This document shows, one piece after another, positions 59,414 to 64,000 of a stretch of DNA of 64,000 nt (the stretch's first letter is position 1; each line of letters starts with the position of its first letter). The position numbers were made by a program, and so were the translations under genes. The stretch comes from Octopus vulgaris (Eukaryota). Location: contig OX597815.1 in assembly GCA_951406725.2 (NCBI GenBank), positions 64,046,001 through 64,110,000 on the forward strand. The letters run 5' to 3'. The notes beneath the pieces were generated by a model that was not told the DNA's origin, made no database searches, and saw nothing but the letters and a program-made list of their open reading frames with translations.

Positions 59414-60157
59414 CAGGGTGTGCCAAAATTAAGACAGCCAACTTCTTTCAATTTTGCCAAAACAAAATATTGTCATATTTCGAGTCCGAATGTTGCAATG
59501 CAATGGTAAAGGAAACACTATTATGACACTACTACATTTATTCGATATGACCAAATCTCTTCCTAATCACAGCTTTAACTCTAGGTGCAAATGCTTCACT
59601 CGCGGTACACAGCTTTACTTGCGGAATCGAAGCCCATTCCTAGCGCTGTTTTGCCTTCAGAGCGTCGAGGAAAGCATGAATAAAGCTCGACATCCGCATC
59701 TCCAAATTGGACTCAACAGAAAAAACCCAACGGGTTGAGATCGGGGCTTCTTGAGGGCCATACATCCTTGCCTATGAACGAGAGAGTATTGTTCTGAATC
59801 CAGTGTTGTGTAGGTTTGAAGATGTGGAATGGTGCCGATTTCTTTTCGAGGCTCCAAGTTGCGCCTTGCTGTGACAGCAAGTTTTCTGACAGAAAGATGA
59901 GGCTTTCACCGTATCTTTTCGCTTCTTTTTCGCCCATGTACAGGTCGATCAGTGGTGGAACCAGTCTCTTGAATTTTCTTAACAATTTTCCAGACTGTTG
60001 TTCGGTTAATTTTCAGCTTTTTTACTATACCTCTTTGCGGATGGTTAAGATTGTTTTCGGTTTATAGCTATTATCTAACTTATAATTTTCGTGTCTTATA
60101 TTCATTGAGAGTTATTAAAGACGGAAACTTCTGTTGCCTTACAATCGGGACTCCCTA
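59414..60157 (-). mobile_element. maT (DD37D) element, internally deleted, copy 2
   Basis: TA|CAGGGTGTGCCAAAATTAAG TIR; SAPFH...WIQNN...WPSRSPDLNPLG gives 37 residues between the 2nd and 3rd catalytic positions (both mutated here); colinear with 43311-44204. Confidence 0.85.
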
Positions 60158-60171
60158 TTTACACACACACG

Positions 60172-60256
<85 letters not shown>

Positions 60257-60494
60257 ATATATATGTATATATGTGTATATCGTCATATCGTCTGTAAATC
60301 ATAAATCCGAAAGAGAAGTACACTTTGGAGATATAGAGCAGTGGAGTATTTAGATAAAGATAGTTATGGCCGGTGGCCATTAGAGCTTGACGAAACGTGT
60401 GTAAAGCAAGCATTTTATGCACGCGAAACTCTGGGTTACTTACGAACCAGCCAGAACTATCTTTATTTTTCTCTCTCTTTCTCTCTCTCTCTCC

Positions 60495-60536
<42 letters not shown>

Positions 60537-60539
60537 GGA

Positions 60540-60970
60540 CAATGAAGACATACGGACAGGTGGACGTTACAAAGATGGACAGGAAAACCAGGATGGAATA
60601 TTCGTGGATTTCTATTCATCAGTCAAGCTTCCAATCATCATCAGTTTCGGCCAGTTACACTTCAGACTTCAAAATTGATAGGCCCCAAAAATTTAAGCTA
60701 AGAGCATTAAATTTTGGGAAGAAAGCGGGCGAATATGTGCAACATCACGGACGACAAAACAACGAGAAAATGGAGAAAATGTCACACGATTACAAATACA
60801 AACAACAAGAATAACAACAGATATGTTTCGACTAAAAGGACAACTTAAATTAATCTGGCGTGTGAAGTGGAAGCCTTACGGCAACAAACATAGATGAAAG
60901 TCAGGAGACAGGAAAATGTGTTGTGAAACCGGCGGTCAGGCCAAGAAAGAAGGATCATGCTTGGCCAGTC
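60540..60970 (+). pseudogene. Highly decayed R4-like LINE fragment
   Basis: MDRKTR...H.S and IDESQETGKC resemble post-RT R4 motifs; heavily disrupted. Confidence 0.35.
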
Positions 60971-61293
60971 ACGTGGGAGGAACAGATAGAGGAAGGGAAC
61001 AGAGGGCTTGAAGAATTAGGGGAGGAACTAGAGAGAGAGGGAGAGAGGGAAAGATACAAGGGAGATAACAGAGGTAAGTAGAGAGATTAAAGAAAGAGAA
61101 TGCTAAGAAATGTGAGAGAAGGGGTGAGAGAAAAAGAGAAATGGAAAGAAAGAGACTGTCAAGAAAGTGACAGAGGGGGAGCGACAAAAAGATAAGAGGA
61201 AATAAAGAAGAAAGTCGTACAGAATTTAGATATATACTAACTTACAAGCTGAGCAAAAGGTGTACGTACGCTGCTATATGTATATATAAATCC

Positions 61294-61703
61294 AGGCGCA
61301 AACGTGACTGCATGGTAAGAAGTTTGCTTCCCAACCACATGGTTCCGGGTTCAGTCCCACTGCACCTTGGGCAAGTGTCTTCTACTACAACCTCGGGCCG
61401 ACCAAAGCCTTGTGAGTGGATTCTGTAGACGAGATCTGAAAGAAGCCCGTGATATATCTATCTATCTATCTATATATATATATGTATTTATATTTGTGTG
61501 TTTTTGTGCCTGTGATTGTCCCCCAATCACCATTGCTTGACAACCGGTATCAGTGTGTTTACGTCCCCGTAACTTAGCGGTTCGGCAAAGTAGGCCGATG
61601 GAATAATTACTAGGCTTAGAAAGAATAAGTCTTGGGGTCGATCTCTTCGACTTTAATCCTCTAAGACGGTGCTTAGTCAATTTACTGAAACAAGTAAAAG
61701 AAT
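61294..61703 (+). mobile_element. tRNA-SINE (family 2, CORE-like), near full length
   Basis: AGGCGCA..TGGTAAGAAGTTTGCTTCCCAACCACATGGTTCCGGGTTCAGTCCC (B-box-like), CCTTGGGCAAGTG, internal TA tract, tail ACTGAAACAAGTAAAAG. Confidence 0.8.
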
Positions 61704-61801
61704 ATATATATATATATAAACAAACCCGAAGACTGTAAATTACGGAGAAGAGCGACATACATAGATCCTTTTAAATAATAACTATAATTGTATATTATTT
61801 A

Positions 61802-62008
61802 TGGACCGAACCACAGGGGACTGAACACAACATCAATACTTACATGACTCCGTACGCACCCAATTCAGCCACATAGCCCACCTATCAATTTTAGCCAATA
61901 TATTTTTAGAATTGGCTGAAATTGATAGGTGGGCTATGTAACTGACTTGGGTACTTACAGAGCCATGTAAGCATTGATGTCGTGTTCAAATCCTAGTGGC
62001 TCGATCCA
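61802..62008. repeat. Imperfect palindrome, ~98-bp arms
   Basis: CATAGCCCACCTATCAATTTTAGCCAAT / ATTGGCTGAAATTGATAGGTGGGCTATG, extending out to TGGACCGAACCAC / GTGGCTCGATCCA. Confidence 0.85.
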
Positions 62009-62164
62009 CGTTTTTCAGTCATTTGTTTTGGTTTAGCCGCTTTAATGGAGCACATATTATTATACAAATGCTATAGAATTATACTTATGTATGTATGTAT
62101 GTATGTATGTATGTATGTATGTATGCGCATATTCATATATATCTGAGCCGTCACGTGTTTCAAT

Positions 62165-62408
62165 AGAATTGATGAGACATTCTACATCACTTGCAGGCCT
62201 AATATGGAAACTAAAAGATGATAGAATAAAATATAGTACTATTTGGTCCGTCATAAAAAACGCGCTTCCATTTCATACTTTGTTGGGGAACGGCCATTTA
62301 TGCTCTGAGGAATCCCTGAACATTTTGTTGAGCGATGAGAACTTTGTCAAAAGATTCTCCAATACACTTATAAGATGTAATCACCGACACAAGTACACAT
62401 TTTCATGA
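62165..62408 (+). pseudogene. Decayed PLE GIY-YIG endonuclease C-terminus
   Basis: HSTSLAGLIWKLKDDRIKYSTIWSVIKNALPF...HLCSEESLNILL...CNHRHKY aligns by eye with the end of the 3834 ORF. Confidence 0.75.
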
Positions 62409-63102
62409 TATCACAGGGACAAGTATCAATTGTGACTCGTTACGGGAACACTGAGACTCGTAGGAGAGAAGTGAGGAATCTATCTTCACACCGGAAACTA
62501 GCCAGAATATTTGCAACAGAATGGTCGCTGTTAGGCCACTCAAAGACCAGATATTGATGCTAAACCGAATGATGAGTAACGTCTGCCCCTTAATTGGGCC
62601 GGGGCGGGATTTGAACGCAGAATGCAAAGACCCATCACAAATACTGACGCTCGTACAGATTCTCCAGTCCACCGTCCTACTTTTTTAGTGACCCACAAAG
62701 GAAGAAACTGTAAATTGTGACCTCGGGGAAATTTGGACACAGAATGTAAAAACAAATACCGCATGAGTTTTCGAAAAATATTCTGCAAACTATAGGTTGT
62801 TAAAACGGTAGCAAATTTGATGGAAGGGAAATAGGGAAGATTGGAGTGTGAGATATTTAATAACAAAGCTGTTGTTGTTGTTGTTGTTGATAGTGCTGGT
62901 GATGGTGTTGACTGTGTCCAAGAGAGTGTTGGTGGTGGAGGAGGAGACCGTGTCCAAGACAGTGGTGGTGGTGGTGGTCGTCGTCGTCATCGAAGTGACG
63001 GTGACGCAGAGTGTTGATAGTGGTGGTGTAGAGAGTGTTGATAGTGGTAGCTGAGGGAGGGTGGTGAAGGGGATGTTGGTGTTGGAACACTAGCAAGAAT
63101 TA

Positions 63103-63227
63103 TAAAACTTTACAGGAATTCGTTGCATAAAGAAGCATAAAAATTAAACGAAAAACAATATCTTTAAAACTTTACAGGAATTCGTTGCATAAAGAAGCAT
63201 AAAAATTAAACGAAAAACAATATCTTT
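63103..63227. repeat. Exact 62-bp tandem duplication
   Basis: TAAAACTTTACAGGAATTCG...CAATATCTT twice. Confidence 0.95.
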
Positions 63228-63461
63228 TAGAATTAAGATTTAACGTTGATCATGTGAATTGGTGTGGATGGTATGATATAGCTTTGATAAAAAAAATACC
63301 CGTTTTACAAAATTCTAAATATGTTTGCTCAAACTTGAATTGAGTCACATGAAATTATTATGGAGCAAATTTTCTAGACGTCCAGAATGTTTCAACTTGA
63401 TTAGACAGTACTCAATCAATTTCCAAACAACAAGATGTTTCTATTATTATTAAACAGACGA

Positions 63462-63855
63462 AGGCGGTGGGTTGACAAAATCGTCAGCACGCCGTACAAA
63501 ATGCTTAGCTGCATTTCGTCCGTGTTTGCATTCTGAGATCTAATTCCGCCGACGTTGACTTTACAATTTATCCTTTCTGGGTCGATAAAATCAGTACCAA
63601 TCTAAAACTAGCTCTGTCCCTTCTGCAAAATTTCAGGCCTTGTGTCTTGGTAGAAAGAAATAATTATTCTCGCGTACAAGGCAGCGAGCTGGCAGAATCT
63701 TTAAGCAAGCCACATTATGCTTAGCGACATTTCGTCCGTCTTTACGTTCTGAGTTCAAATCCTGCAGACGTCGACTTTACTTTTCATCCTTTCAGGGATG
63801 ATAAAATAATAATCAGTTGAAGCCCCTTCCTTCAGGACTTGTACCTATCGTAGAA
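63462..63855 (+). mobile_element. Two head-to-tail Nin-like SINEs (family 1; ~63462-63658 and ~63678-63855)
   Basis: AGGCGGTGGGTTGACAAAATCG and AGGCAGCGAGCTGGCAGAATC heads, each followed by a GACTTT...ATCCTTTC.GGG core. Confidence 0.7.
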
Positions 63856-64000
63856 ATTATTATTATTAATATTAGACTGGCAGATATTTCAAGAAAATTG
63901 CTGACAGGGATTTTAAGAACATTTGTAAATGCGAATGATTTTAGATATTTTGAGAAGTCTGTTAGTACTATGTGCAAATATGATCTACTTTGGTCTAATT

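Noticed and set aside
61294-61362. tRNA gene
   Set aside because: tRNA-like head continues into a multi-copy SINE body; no complete cloverleaf

Overview
AT-rich eukaryotic DNA that is very dense in microsatellites, with no host gene exon I can support. Most ORFs in the track are translations of simple repeats. The SINE types and the (TA)n/(CA)n/(GATA)n/(TAA)n load resemble a coleoid cephalopod (Octopus-like) genome; this is inference from memory of repeat families, not a database result. The main feature is a young Penelope-like retroelement (PLE) at 2139-5015 (minus), inserted in (TA)n. It has an uninterrupted thumb + zinc-finger + GIY-YIG endonuclease ORF, a complete type I hammerhead ribozyme in its 3' terminal repeat, and an exact 89-bp inverted copy of that repeat at the truncated 5' end, which supplies an in-frame ATG. 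Also present: four copies (two subfamilies) of a ~210-bp non-coding element with a minimal hammerhead core, all in TA-rich microsatellites; two more decayed PLE endonuclease remnants; LINE 3' ends in particular microsatellites (Tx1/L1 in (GATA)n, R4/Dong in (TAA)n); RTE and RLE fragments; Tc1 (DD36E spacing), mariner and maT (DD37D) remnants; two Merlin-like MITEs with 8-bp TSDs; two short Helitrons; two tRNA-SINE families; three palindromes; a 39-bp minisatellite; and a 566-bp tandem duplication. Coordinates were read by eye and may be off by a few bases for decayed elements.
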